Positions 48,946-61,055 of a stretch of DNA of 64,000 bases are shown here, in pieces; the stretch's first letter is position 1, and every line of letters starts with the position of its first letter. Under the pieces are notes generated by a model, which was given only the letters and a program-made list of their open reading frames with translations, was not told the DNA's origin and searched no databases. Both the position numbers and the translations under genes were made by a program. Source of the stretch: Podospora anserina (Eukaryota); assembly GCA_017654855.1 (NCBI GenBank), contig CM030338.1, positions 620,001 through 684,000 on the forward strand, in the 5' to 3' direction.

Positions 48946-50493
48946 CGTGTTGACGGAGTGTAACTCGGGGCAAATGGGCGCGGTTGTCGTGGATGTTCCA
49001 GGTTGTCAGAGATGTCAGGGAACAGGACAGTGCTCCGTACTGATAAAGCAGGGCCAAGCTGACACCGGGCTCTCTGCGTCCCCCGGCCGTCCTCGCATGC
49101 CACCGTGATGCACACTGCCCAGCCCGCTAGAGACCCAGACAGACAGGTCCAATCAGCCCCAGCCGCAAGATTGATCTGGCGCGCACCACTGGCGGATGTT
49201 CCACTGCTTTCAAGCGCTGTCGGGCTCAGGGGCGACGCAACACACCTCGGGTTGGCCCCTGCGTGTTACGGAAGCTGCTGGGTGCTACAGCAGGCGCCAC
49301 CACGAGCTACTACACATAAACGCCCCCTCTCCCGTGCCGAGTCCGGCACGAGGTAAGCCAGGAACATGAGACTGCAAAGAAACCTACAGGTAGACAGAGA
49401 GACCTTTCGTCCCTCCTCTCAAGTCCAGCCTGATGGCCCACGGCTGTCGGTTGCGATTGTGGAATAGTAGGATTCGCCCGTCAGCAGGGAGAAAAAGCCG
49501 CCATTTGCCTCGACAAAATGCTCAGATCGACAACACTATCTGTGATATTGCCAAGTCATCCCAGTAAAGCCCGCCAAGAGATGTTGGGCCTGGAGATCCG
49601 AACCCCTGAAAAGCCAATGGCATGTCGCGGATCGGCAAACCAAGATAGGCGGCCTGAGCCGCACCAGCCCAGCACGGGATAGTGATCGTCTGGCAGACGC
49701 CAATGGACGCCAATGGCGCCATCAAATAAGTGCTCTGGCACTACTGGACAATTCCTTTTTTCTCTTCCCAGTCCATCTCACCTCGAGTTTGTCGGTGGCT
49801 TTTATGCCAAGACGGAAATCTTGGTTGTCTCATGAGACAGCACACCCGCGCAATTCCCCAGGTCGGGCCTTTCGGGCAACACCATGTACGGTACAGAATA
49901 CTTCCCCGAGAGATAACGGGTCAATGCATCCGAGCTCAGACGCCAACTGCAGCCAGCATCTGGCTTGGGTCTGCCGACACTTCAGCAGCCATCGAGATCC
50001 TTGGACCTTCCGTTTGTATTCTGGCCTGTCCGAAAGAGGAAGCGAAGGTGCTATGCCGGACAGACTCATCCGGGAGACAGGATTATCAGCACTGGGAGCG
50101 GTGACTTGGTGAGGGTGATGGCATCGGCGTTTCCTTGATCCAAGGCTGCCTGTTGACGATGATCTCGATAGCTGAGATCTGTTTGCTCCAGGGGTTCGAG
50201 GAAAGGGGCCCGCAACGGCGTGGGTAGGCATACACAGCATTAGTCCGGAGGTGTGTCTTGACCAATGTTATTGCTGGCGTTATTCCGATGGGCAGAGAAG
50301 GACCGCCATTGACGTACTTGCTGGGTGTGATGGTATATATGTTCATCCTTTGATCATGCCGAGCTTTTCGCGCCGAGAATTCTTCACTTCGTCTGCTGCA
50401 TTGTATTACCAAGACGACTCTTGAAGAACCATAGGTCCTGCAGCAGAAAGCCTTTTTGCCTGAGCCGCCGAAACACGGAAGCCAAAGCTGCCC

Positions 50494-52579
50494 ATGGACG
50501 CCTCCAGCTCACCAGCAAGGCCCAAGATGCCCCCTCGACTTCCGAGGTCGTTACCAAGCTCACACTCGATAGCGTCGACCTTTAGTCCGGGGAGCTCGAC
50601 ACCAGGATCATGGACAGTGAGCCCGTGGAATCGAGATACACCAGACACCTCGCCTCCCAGCTCCGACGCTGGCTCTCCTAAGCTCCAGGCCAAACAAGCA
50701 GATGATAGTGGGAGGATCTCTCCGGTGGAGGGCTCACTCGACGGGCAGCCGCGTTTTGGGGTCGTACGCAGTATCTGCTTCGTCGGCGCTGGTTTCGTCG
50801 GTATGTCGTTGCCTATCCCCGCTGTTTGGGACCCATTGAGACTGACATGTTGACAGGAGGACCGACGGCTGCTGTCATTGCCTACCACAACCCACAGATC
50901 CAGGTCAATGTCGTCGACCTTAACGAGGAACGAATCAAGTCATGGAACTCGGCCCATCTTCCCATCCACGAGGATGGCCTGCTCAAAGTGGTACGAACGG
51001 CACGAGACGGCGCGCTGGACAAGACACTGGTACTGCCCGGACTGCCCAGGGCTATCGAATTGAAGCAACGGCAGCCCAACTTGGTATTCTCGACCCGTGT
51101 GGTGGACGCTATCGAGGAAGCCGACATCATTTTCATCTGCGTCAACACGCCCACAAAAACACACGGTATTGGCGCGGGTTCCATGGCTGATGTGAGCGCG
51201 ATTGAAAGCGCAACGCGGACTGTGGCCAAGCATGCCAAGGAGGGAGCCATCGTTGTTGAGAAGAGTACTGTTCCATGTGGAACCGCACAGATGATCCAGG
51301 ATATTGTGAGTCGCTGCCATGTAGTCTGAACCGGAAGCAGTTTGCTGACTTGAAAACACAGCTTCGATACTACCGGCCAGATGTCGAGTTTGAGGTGCTT
51401 TCCAACCCTGAATTCCTAGCCGAGGGCACGGCTGTGGAAAACCTCATGCACCCTGACCGAATTCTTATCGGTAGTGCCCAGACACTTGCAGGTCTCCGTG
51501 CTGCCGCCGTTGTCAAGGACGTGTACGGAGCTTGGGTGCCTGCGGCTCGCATCGTGACTGTCAACACCTTCAGCAGTGAGCTGGCCAAGCTTGTGGCAAA
51601 CACCATGCTTGCTCAGCGTATCAGCAGTGTCAATGCAGTCAGCGCCATGTGCGAGGAGCTTGGGCTTGGAGCAGACGTCGAAGACGTCAGCCTCGCCATT
51701 GGAAAGGACGCACGACTGGGTTCCAAATTCCTCCAGGCTGGCGTGGGATTTGGGGGCTCCTGCTTCGAAAAGGATATCCTCAACTTGGCCTATCTTGCAA
51801 GGGAGCTCCATCTTGATGTGGTGGCCGACTACTGGCTTGCTGTGCTGAGAATGAATGAAGACCAACGGCGGCGCTATGCTCGCAATGTTGTGCGCGAGCT
51901 CAACGGGTCACTTCGAGGGAAGAAGATTGCCATCCTAGGATTCGCCTTCAAGGATGGTACTAATGACACGCGCAACAGCATTGCTGTTCACGTCATCAAA
52001 GATCTGGCCATGGAGATGCCGCGCGAGATTGCCATCTTCGATCCCGGCTGTGCGTCGGCCGAGATCCGTGAAGAGGTCGAGAAGGCGGGCTTGACCGCAA
52101 GCCAGCTCGAGCGCATCAAGATCTTGACCAACTGGAGGGATTGCGTCCAGGAAGCAAGTGCCGTGTGTATCCTGACACAGTGGAAACAATTCCGGGGCCG
52201 CAAGCTTGGCTCGGCCACGTCTAGCAACAAGAAGGCACGGAAACTGACAGCTGACTGGGCGACAAGCTGTGTGGCAGACAAAGCTGATATCAGCGAAATG
52301 GACATCTTGGCACTGGAGGAGCTCGTGAGAGACAAGTCGTCGGCGACAACCGGTGATGACCCATTGGAAAGACTGGCACCGCTTGCGCCCTGTCCCGAAG
52401 AGTGTTCACATTGCCGCATCGAGAGCGCAGAGGCTCATGATCAGGAGCCAGTGGACTGGGCTGAGGTGGCCGGCATGATGCAGGAGCCGCGCTGGGTGTT
52501 CGATGGGCGGAATGTGGTGAACAGGCTGGAGCTCCAGAGTCTTGGTTTTAGAGTGAGGGGTATCGGAAAGGGTTTTTGA
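50494..52579 (+). CDS. ugd1: UDP-glucose 6-dehydrogenase
   Basis: GAGFVGG (across an intron), ICVNTPT, EKSTVP, NPEFLAEG, catalytic GFGGSCF and FDGRN; two introns. Confidence 0.93.
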
Positions 52580-55500
52580 GGATGGAAAATGGGTAATGGT
52601 AGATATCAGGACGGGAGTTTGGCGTCATCCCCATGTTGTAATTGCGTGTGAATTCTTCTTGTATATCGGGCTTTTAATCGGTTTTGGTTGTTGAAATTGA
52701 AGGATAGGTTCCGGGTTTGCGATGGCAGCTTTGGGTGCAGGGTTCAGGGTGCAGAGTGATGTCGGGTTAGAGTTGAATTGGGGTAAGCTGTTAGTGCAAT
52801 ACTGAGCTGTTCGCTTAAAATTAGTGCCGTGGGCTGTCCCAAATTAACAGTGCGCTCCCGCCCATCCCCCTGCCCGTTCTGTGCTTGGCAAGTCCTTCAG
52901 CCCGATCCCGTCTCAACAACCTCACCAACGGGCAGTCTCGATACGTTTCTCCGGGCAGTGTTTGTAAACAGCAACTGCCGCTCCGAATATCGCTAGCCCA
53001 CCGTGTTATCAATTTGACACGACATCTTCACAGCTTGACAATACCCCATGGCAATCTGGTGCAAGCTGCCGACTGCCGTCGAAAATGCCCAGCCAGATAA
53101 GCGACCAGAACAGCCGGCCGGGTGGTCTGTCTGTCAGAGACCTAGAACCACCTGTTACCAACAGCAACAACACCTCAGTCTGTAACCCGGGGCATGGTAA
53201 CAGGTCACACCAGCATCCCACTGAATAGGCATTCATATGCCGCGATAGCATTGGGCTCCAGTGGAGGCGTACAGGGCCGCCTCCAGTAATAACGTTCCCC
53301 GACTTTCCATATTGGTGTTGACATGTTTCGACAGCCGTCGCGCCACGATGGTTCGGCCGATACGCCCGGCATTCCCGCCGATGCATCTTCCCGTGGCTAA
53401 AAGCAAGAGCCTCATTGTGCTTCCACGACCACAGCCGAACGTAAGAGCCCCGAACGCAAGCTATGGACAACATCTGCTATTTTGTACCTTGGCTAGGCTT
53501 CCATCGGGGAGAAAAAAGGGTAAGGAGATGTGTCACGACGTCAAGGGACAACCCAAGAAGGACAAGCAAGGCTATCTTGACCGAAACGCATCACCAGATC
53601 ATCTCAACGTTGGCATGACGTGTAACTTAGCAGATGGCTCTCTCGTGTTCGAACACATCTGCCCTGTTATCTGAAGGCTCATCAGTGGAACTCGGTGGCA
53701 AACTCGGCCAGAGGGAACCAAATATTGGGGGTGTATAGATGGCGACGATCAACTACACTCTCTCGGGGCAGGCTTGGCAGGGTCCAGCAGGAGTGCAATA
53801 TTTTTACGAGTCTCAAGACGACTCCTGGTGTTTCTTTATCACGTCGGATGATACAAGAGAGTGTTGGCCTTGGCCTAGGTTCGCAGATGATAGAAGTTTC
53901 TGGCTTCGTTGGAGGCACTTTTGCCAAGTCGACCTAGCCAAGCCCACCTCAACTGTCTTCTCGCGCTGTCCGAACAAAGCACAGCAGAAAGCATCGCATG
54001 CTGTGCTGCTGTTCTCAGCTGTCTCGACGTGGAAAAAGAAAGCCCATGGATGATTCGTACCAACAGGCATTCATTGCACACCGTCACAGAGAGCTTTGTC
54101 GGTTGCCCAAAGAGGAAATTTCTGGTGTGGAAGGATGACGTCGACCCCACCATCTCGACCAGGCGAGCAGCTCAGCCTCTATGCAGTCGCCATAGCGGTC
54201 CCCCGCTGATCTCGTGCGCGTTTCTTGCATTACCGTTCACTGCCGTTGCTGCATGCATACACGATGTGCCAACGGTTGGGATGCTGCATTGCCGAGTTCC
54301 AGTGGCCGAATGGGTTGAGCCGACTTTGACGCAGGCCTCTAACGACTGGACGGCCTACTGTCCCGGTGCAGTGTGGGCGTGCTGACCGTGGCCTCTTCGG
54401 GAGGTAGCCCCGATCGCTGGAAGCTACCCTTTCCGATGATCCTGCTACTCTGCAATAGTGCACAGCGGCGAATCGGCATCAGAATGGCAAACACCAAGAG
54501 CAGATTTTCTCAACAAAACCGCGGTGTCAGTCTACACAGTATGGCTTGAAATGTACTGCATGACAGAAGCTGCCATCGACGTTGCACACGGCTCAAGGTG
54601 TGCAACCAGCAACTTCCTGCGCGGCTGACATGGCGACAGCCTCTGGGGAAAGCTGTCCTAATCTCTCGCCAGTGAGTCAGTAGCTTCGGTAAAGGGAACG
54701 CTGTAGGTGAGCAGTTGACCTCTCTACCTTGGTGGGCTGAGGTGAGTTTTTGCTCGTCAGCAGGAGAAGCTGTATAGAACACGGACAGAAGACATTGATC
54801 AGCACAGTTGGTGCTATTTTTGCCAGCCTGGTCACTTTTACCCTGGTTGCTGCGCAGCATTCGGTTCCGGTCCCCTGGGTGTGCCGCGCAAGTGCTGGCA
54901 GCGCTTCTTCTGGGGACCGCCCCCGTTTCACCCTGCTTTGTCAACGGCCACCAAGCGACCACATTTGACACGAAACCCGAGAGTCTCATTCTGGACTGGT
55001 GAATGTCAAGGAAAGAACATCATCTGTCACCCGGTGAGCATCATCATACCGGAGGCTCGGAGTGAGAGGGAGGACTCACCACCTTGAAGTGAGGATGAGC
55101 CTGCTTGCTAATGGTCATTTGTTCAACTCAGCCTTCTCGAGGAGAACATCTCATTGGTCTTGGGGAAGACATCCGCTGAATGTGCCGCAAAGGCTAGTTT
55201 ACCTACACCCTCCCTTACCCCAGACAACACCGTTACACGGCAAAGGCAAGTGCCCGTGTGCTTGTTGTCGCCCGTTAGTACGGGGCGCACCCAGCAGCAG
55301 TGTGGAGGGTGTGAGCGGAAGCCGGCGGCAAGGCTGCCGAGCAATGGGGTGTGTGTGTGCGCCTCTTGAGGATGGTGGGCCGGGGGGAGTGTCCCCTCGC
55401 ACCTGCAGAGGGTCATATCTGCATATAACAGAACCGGTCGCCCGCCCTTGGGTCGTCGGCCCTGATCTAAACCAACCTCGCCAGCCAGACTGCCCGCCAG

Positions 55501-55919
55501 AAACTCTCGCCAGAAACAGTTTGCACCGCCTAGCCTATCCTCACACCAGGTCTTCTACTGGAGATCACAAACATCGCCGAGACATCGACCCTTCGTATAT
55601 CTGGGTCCGGACGCCGGTCTTGTCAACCCTCCCTCTTCTGGTTCTCCTCTATGTCCCCATGTCTTTGACACAACCTGGACGGCAATCAATAGCCTGTTTT
55701 ACGCAGGACACGGCAGACTGACATCGCACTTGACCGGACACCACCTCAGATCACCATCACTTTAGCAATCGTAACCGGCCATCAAAGATCCCGAGCAGAT
55801 CTACTGGGACCTCGTCACCAGTATCACCACCCACAGTCAAACAGCCCGATATAACCATACCATCTCCCTCCACATCTCCACAACTCGTTCGATCAAACAA
55901 CACACTCAACACCACCACC

Positions 55920-57113
55920 ATGTGCCTCTCCAAGGTCTACTACAACTCCTACTCGGACGGCCAGCAGGACGTCACCGAAAAGACGTATGCCTGCCGCGAT
56001 GGCAGACGCTGCGCCAACCCCGAAGTCCGCAAATACGACCGCAAATTCCCCTTCACCAAGCTAGGGGAAGCCCAGCCCGAGTCCCAGCGCAGCATCTCTG
56101 AACGCAAGCCCACCCCCTACTTTGAGTCTCGCGGCTCCAAGTCCCCTTCCCCATCAGGCAGAGACAGCAGACGGGACTCTGGCATCTACATGGGTGGCGG
56201 CTCCTCTTCCAAGTCCAGCAAGCACTACGACCCTTACGACCCTTACTCCTCCGGACCCTATCGTTCCTCCTCTTCTTCCCGGGCCCGTGGTGACCCGAGG
56301 GACTACTATGGTGGGAGGTCAAGGTCAAACTCGATCCCGCAGATCATCTACATGGACGGCCGGGACGGCTACAAAGAAAGCGGCAAGCGGTCGAGATCCA
56401 GCAGCAGGGATTACTCGAGGGATATCCCCATCGGTCCCGTCCACTTGGCCGACGAGTACGGTCGTCGTTCCTCCCGGTCTCGCTCCCGAGACTCGACCGA
56501 CTTGAGCTCCAAATACTACAGCACCAGCGGCAGGGGAAGAGGGGATGCCATGTCGGGGTACATGTTCATTGACGATCAAGACGAGAGGCGGAGACAGAGA
56601 AGAGAAAGGCGGCTGTCGACCTCGAGCGCGATGGATGAGTACGACCCCAGTCGGTATGTGCCCCGCTCTTCGCGACGGGCTTCGACGACTGGGGGAACTG
56701 TGGTCCACAATGGGGATGGCACCAGCCTTTACACTTCGTCATCGGCACCCACCGGTCTTTCTTCGAGCAAGTCTGGGTCGGGACATGTCAGGTGGGAGGA
56801 TGAGGTCCGCGCCAAGAGGAACAGGCAGAACGCCGAGATTGCCAACCGGCCGGTGTTAGGCTCGGACGGCGAGCCGAAGAGCATTCTCAAGAAGAAGGGC
56901 GATGTGAAGGGCAAGGGGAGGGAGAGTGATGAGGATCTGTATGACTTGAGGAGGGCAGTGGAGGGGATGGGGTTGCCGAGCAGAGGGAGGAGGTCGTCGT
57001 CGGGGAGGGACTTGATGGATGAGTATCCGTCTAGCAGGTATGATGATGGGTTGGGGGCGAGGAAGAGCAGGGGGAAGAGCGGGTATTCGGATGATCGGTA
57101 TCGGTATTTCTGA
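55920..57113 (+). CDS. Ser/Arg/Gly-rich low-complexity hypothetical protein
   Basis: 397-aa ORF with a good start context and a short Cys-containing N-terminus. Confidence 0.75.
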   Translation: MCLSKVYYNSYSDGQQDVTEKTYACRDGRRCANPEVRKYDRKFPFTKLGEAQPESQRSISERKPTPYFESRGSKSPSPSGRDSRRDSGIYMGGGSSSKSSKHYDPYDPYSSGPYRSSSSSRARGDPRDYYGGRSRSNSIPQIIYMDGRDGYKESGKRSRSSSRDYSRDIPIGPVHLADEYGRRSSRSRSRDSTDLSSKYYSTSGRGRGDAMSGYMFIDDQDERRRQRRERRLSTSSAMDEYDPSRYVPRSSRRASTTGGTVVHNGDGTSLYTSSSAPTGLSSSKSGSGHVRWEDEVRAKRNRQNAEIANRPVLGSDGEPKSILKKKGDVKGKGRESDEDLYDLRRAVEGMGLPSRGRRSSSGRDLMDEYPSSRYDDGLGARKSRGKSGYSDDRYRYF

Positions 57114-57821
57114 TTTTTCTCCGGACACTTGGGTAATGCATGGCAGCGCGCGTTTTGATACTTTTTGCTTTGGTCACTTTCACAGCACACGTTTGGGGAT
57201 ATTATGGACACGGACGACGGAACGTTTAATTCTGGGGATATGGACATTGGGGCATTTTCTCGGCACATCTTTATTTCCTTTGTCTTTTTTCCTCATGATT
57301 TTTTGATGAACATGTTTACTTACAGGTTATGAAATACGCGAGTATACAAAACACAAAGAATGATTATGATTTACTTTTACTATACCTTACTGATGCGAGG
57401 ATGAGAGATGTGTTGTGGCGATGAGATGACGTTGGAAGCTGTCTTTGACATTGATATCCCTACCCCCCTCCCCGCTATCTTCCAGAAGGGTTCACAAACC
57501 TGAACCAACGATCGCTTGGCAATGTCGTTTCAAACACCAAGAAACACCCAAGACGGTCAAACAAAACGAAACATTTTGTTTTTTGGCCGGTCTGGCTGGC
57601 TGCCCTAACCCACTCGTCCGACCATATCACCTTTTTTTTTTTTTTTTTTGGTTGGTCTACCTACCCGCGAACAAGTATCTGCAACCAACAGCCGGTTTCT
57701 CTCCCAGGCCAAGCTCCAGGCCACTGCGATACTAAACGAGCGGCAACATCCCGCCGCCGCCGCGGCGGACCACGCCCTCTCTGTCTGTTGGGCAACGGTG
57801 CCATCTCACTCAGATCCCATA

Positions 57822-57858
57822 GTATATATATATATATATACATATATTTATGTATATT
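57822..57858. repeat. (TA)n microsatellite
   Basis: Directly visible. Confidence 0.8.
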
Positions 57859-58650
57859 TCCACAAAAGTCTTGCTGCCTTCCCCCGTTACGCCATCTCAC
57901 CACCGCCTGCATTACACCCCATCTGCACTACCTCATGCGGACGCGCGCTTCTGTGTTTACATAAGATGACGGCTTGATGATATCGACCCAACCCTTCCTG
58001 TCGTGAAAGACTTGCCCCGCCGGTGACCGTCACCTGATCCCCCATCATCAGATGATCTCGACAACCTACACAAGTGGTGGAATCTCTTTAGTCAACGCTG
58101 TAGTGTGCACCCTCTCGTAGTATTGTTGAGAGGAAGGAGGTTGTGCCGCGTTTGGGTGTTTTTGACCGAGAGACGGCAAAAGATGGCAAGATGACACAGC
58201 AGTGTGCCACATCTGCCGTGATGCCGGTGCTTGCTCGTGGCATGTAAACAAATCTGGCCCGTGTGCTTCGTCAATCTGTCTGACCGCAACATAAGATCCG
58301 CGCCCTGGTGGTCTCGCACCCTAGAGCATAGTCTGATGCTTGAGAAAAAGAGACAAGACGAGATAATGATGATTAATATTAGTTTTCCTGCTCGCCTCTC
58401 AGCAGGGGGTTCAATTCTATCCGCCTTTGTCCCAATCATCATCCTGCTTCCCATCCATTTCGTGCATAATAATGCTCATGAAAACTTCGACAGCCATAAA
58501 ACTCCAGTCCTGAGACAGCAAACCGTAACACGTAAACGGGGAAAAGAATATGTGTGCCGAATGCACGGAGAGGCTCCGGGGAAGGCGATTCTATCGGGTG
58601 ATAATTGCAAAAGTGTCCAGCGAGCAGCACACTGTGGTCGGTCGCTATGC

Positions 58651-60000
58651 TCACGCCTCGGAACAACGCCCCAACCCCTTCAACAGCTCCCCAGCACGCA
58701 CATCAACCCCCCCCGCTCCCTTATCCTCCACCCCAAAAGCCAGAAACACCACATCGTCCGAGTAGGCGTGGTACTTGTTACCATGCTCCTTCCAGGCCAT
58801 GGACGTGACATAAAACATGTCTGTCCTCCTCCGTCCCTCGTCACGTCCCCGGCCGTGGATCCAAATCGGCTTCTTGGACATGGCGTACATCTCAAAGGGA
58901 GCGCGCTGGTGAAAGAGAACGACGTACGGCTCGTACTCGCTATGCCAGCTGTAGTACGTCTTGTGCTGGATGATCGTCATGATGAACGTGTTGGAGTCGT
59001 CGGGCTTGCAATTCTCGTCGGACCGCTGGCAGAGCGTGACCTTGAGCGAGTTGGTGGCCTGATGGATGGACTCGAGCTCGGGTGCCAGCTTGGGCATGTA
59101 GCGCGCCATGCACTTCTTGTCGTAGCTCGCGGCTTTGGGTGCGAGGTCCGATCCGATCACGGCTCCTTTGCCGTCGACGGCGCCGAAGGAACGCGAGGGG
59201 TACATGTCGTAGTGGATGTACATGTTGTCGTCCTTGTCCCAGAACGCAAAAAAGTTCTTCTCGAGGATGCCGTACGGGGGTGGCCTCTGAAGCTCTGTTC
59301 CGTACTCAAAGTCATCCTCGACGAGGGGTTCGGCAGGCCAGTCGACGAGAGTTCGGAAATCCTGAATCCATTGGCCAAAGCAGGTAAAGGCACTGTTGGA
59401 CCCATAGATGGTGTACGGCTTCGTCGGCCCGTAAAAGGCGCGCGCATCGTGGGGGCCCTGGTTCAAGTTGAGCGGCGTGTACTTGCCAGTGCACTTGTCG
59501 CCTGTGGTCGGTTCAATAGGTAGCGGCTTTGGCTCGCCGACACACGTCAGGATGTCTCCCGAAAACTTGGCGTCGCAACCCGTCTCGAGGGCAATGAAGC
59601 CCTTTCCTTCGGCCTGGTGATCGGTCCATTTCTGGCCCATGAGCATCCAGGTATCATTTTGTGTAGGGTGTGGGAGGATGTTGGGGTTGAAGACGGGGAC
59701 ATGGCCGAACTTGATCTCGAAGTACTTCTTGTCTGTCGTCGACGCCGAGAAGATCCTGTGCCAAGCGGCCGTCGGCGCGAGGGGATTCGGACGGTCGTAG
59801 CTACCGACGTCCGGTTTCTGTTTCTTGTCCTCCTCATTGTCAGTTGTGGCCGGGCCGGAGCCAAGAGGCCTGCCGAGAAACTCGCCGACTCGGCCTCGGA
59901 GGTAGTCGGGCTGGGTGTGCCATAATCCAACGGTAACGAAAAGCAGTGCGACCACGGGGCAGAGCAACAGCACCAGTCGCTTGAGATCCCTGACGATCAT
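58651..60000 (-). CDS. Type II membrane protein with a putative five-bladed beta-propeller (GH130/beta-mannosyltransferase-like)
   Basis: N-terminal signal anchor and stem. FNPNILPHP, GPHDARAF and EKNFFAFW parallel the FNP / EDPR / EKNW motifs of that clan. Confidence 0.6.
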   Translation of the reverse strand: MIVRDLKRLVLLLCPVVALLFVTVGLWHTQPDYLRGRVGEFLGRPLGSGPATTDNEEDKKQKPDVGSYDRPNPLAPTAAWHRIFSASTTDKKYFEIKFGHVPVFNPNILPHPTQNDTWMLMGQKWTDHQAEGKGFIALETGCDAKFSGDILTCVGEPKPLPIEPTTGDKCTGKYTPLNLNQGPHDARAFYGPTKPYTIYGSNSAFTCFGQWIQDFRTLVDWPAEPLVEDDFEYGTELQRPPPYGILEKNFFAFWDKDDNMYIHYDMYPSRSFGAVDGKGAVIGSDLAPKAASYDKKCMARYMPKLAPELESIHQATNSLKVTLCQRSDENCKPDDSNTFIMTIIQHKTYYSWHSEYEPYVVLFHQRAPFEMYAMSKKPIWIHGRGRDEGRRRTDMFYVTSMAWKEHGNKYHAYSDDVVFLAFGVEDKGAGGVDVRAGELLKGLGRCSEA

Positions 60001-61055
60001 GATATATATAAAAAATACCAGCAAAACGAGCGACGGGTAAAGACAGACAGAGATAAAATGCCGATAAAGATGAGGACGGCAAGCAAAAGGAGAGAACTTG
60101 GGGTCGACAGGGAAAAGGCGGCCAAAGTACATGAGGCACAGTCAGCCAGATAATATCACCCAGAACCCTCCCCGTTCCATCAATCCGAACCCACTTCTTT
60201 TTGCCCGCCCCCAAATCGCAATCGATAAAAAGAGAAAGCCGCGAGTGCTGAGTGCACGCATTCAGCCAGCCACCAAAGCTGTTTCCCGAGCCAGCAAATG
60301 ATTCAACGACGTTTGCAGCTTAACTATCAGCCGACAGACGTGTTCGCGCTGTCATCTGTCAAAGTGTTCTAGAACACATCCGCCGGGCTAGGACACCCCT
60401 TGTCGATGATGATACGTGTAGTGGCGCATTCAGTTCGTAATCAAGAGACGCCCGTTCGCTGTTGCGCTCAACCGAGTTCCCCTCCCTCAGGCGTGAAGCT
60501 TTTGTCCAACTTCATGGTGAAGCGAACGACATGTGAAGGGCAAATCACTGCCCGTATTCGGTCCAGAAATCAGTTCCCGGCGCGAAACCGCTTGCGATTC
60601 TCCTGGAACTTCAGGTTTTTCTCTTTTGGGCGGGAATGCGTGTCGCTGGTTTCGGTTGGTTGGCTCGAACACAAGTCCCGGGCGTGAGATCCCTGTCAGG
60701 TCCCGGGTGGGGTGCGCTGATTAAGCTTTTGTGCTCTGTTCAGGGGCCAGCCTCTCCGCGTTCTCTTCAGTCTCTCGACGCGCAACGCGCACCTTTTTGA
60801 CGTCATGCTCTGGCAACAGCCCTGAGCTCACTTGGGCAAGAAGCATACCACTTTAGTGCCTCAAAGATGAAATATTCAGTGTCTCCTCTATGGATTGTAT
60901 ATGAACCTGCCGTGTATGTATATGTCTTCCCCTCTCCATGGCCATCAATATGCTGTCAAAAGAAATTTTACAATAATTCTTCATCCAAAAAAAACTTGCC
61001 ATCCAAAGAGCAATACGGGTATCCAAGGCGTCGCCGAAGCGTGGTCCTCGGTTAT

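Noticed and set aside
52580-55919. Many short ORFs in a 3.3-kb gap
   Set aside because: No motifs, codon bias or convincing splice structure; treated as intergenic or regulatory.
58231-59523. 430-aa plus-strand ORF
   Set aside because: Largely antisense to the 58651-60000 gene, with no recognisable motifs.
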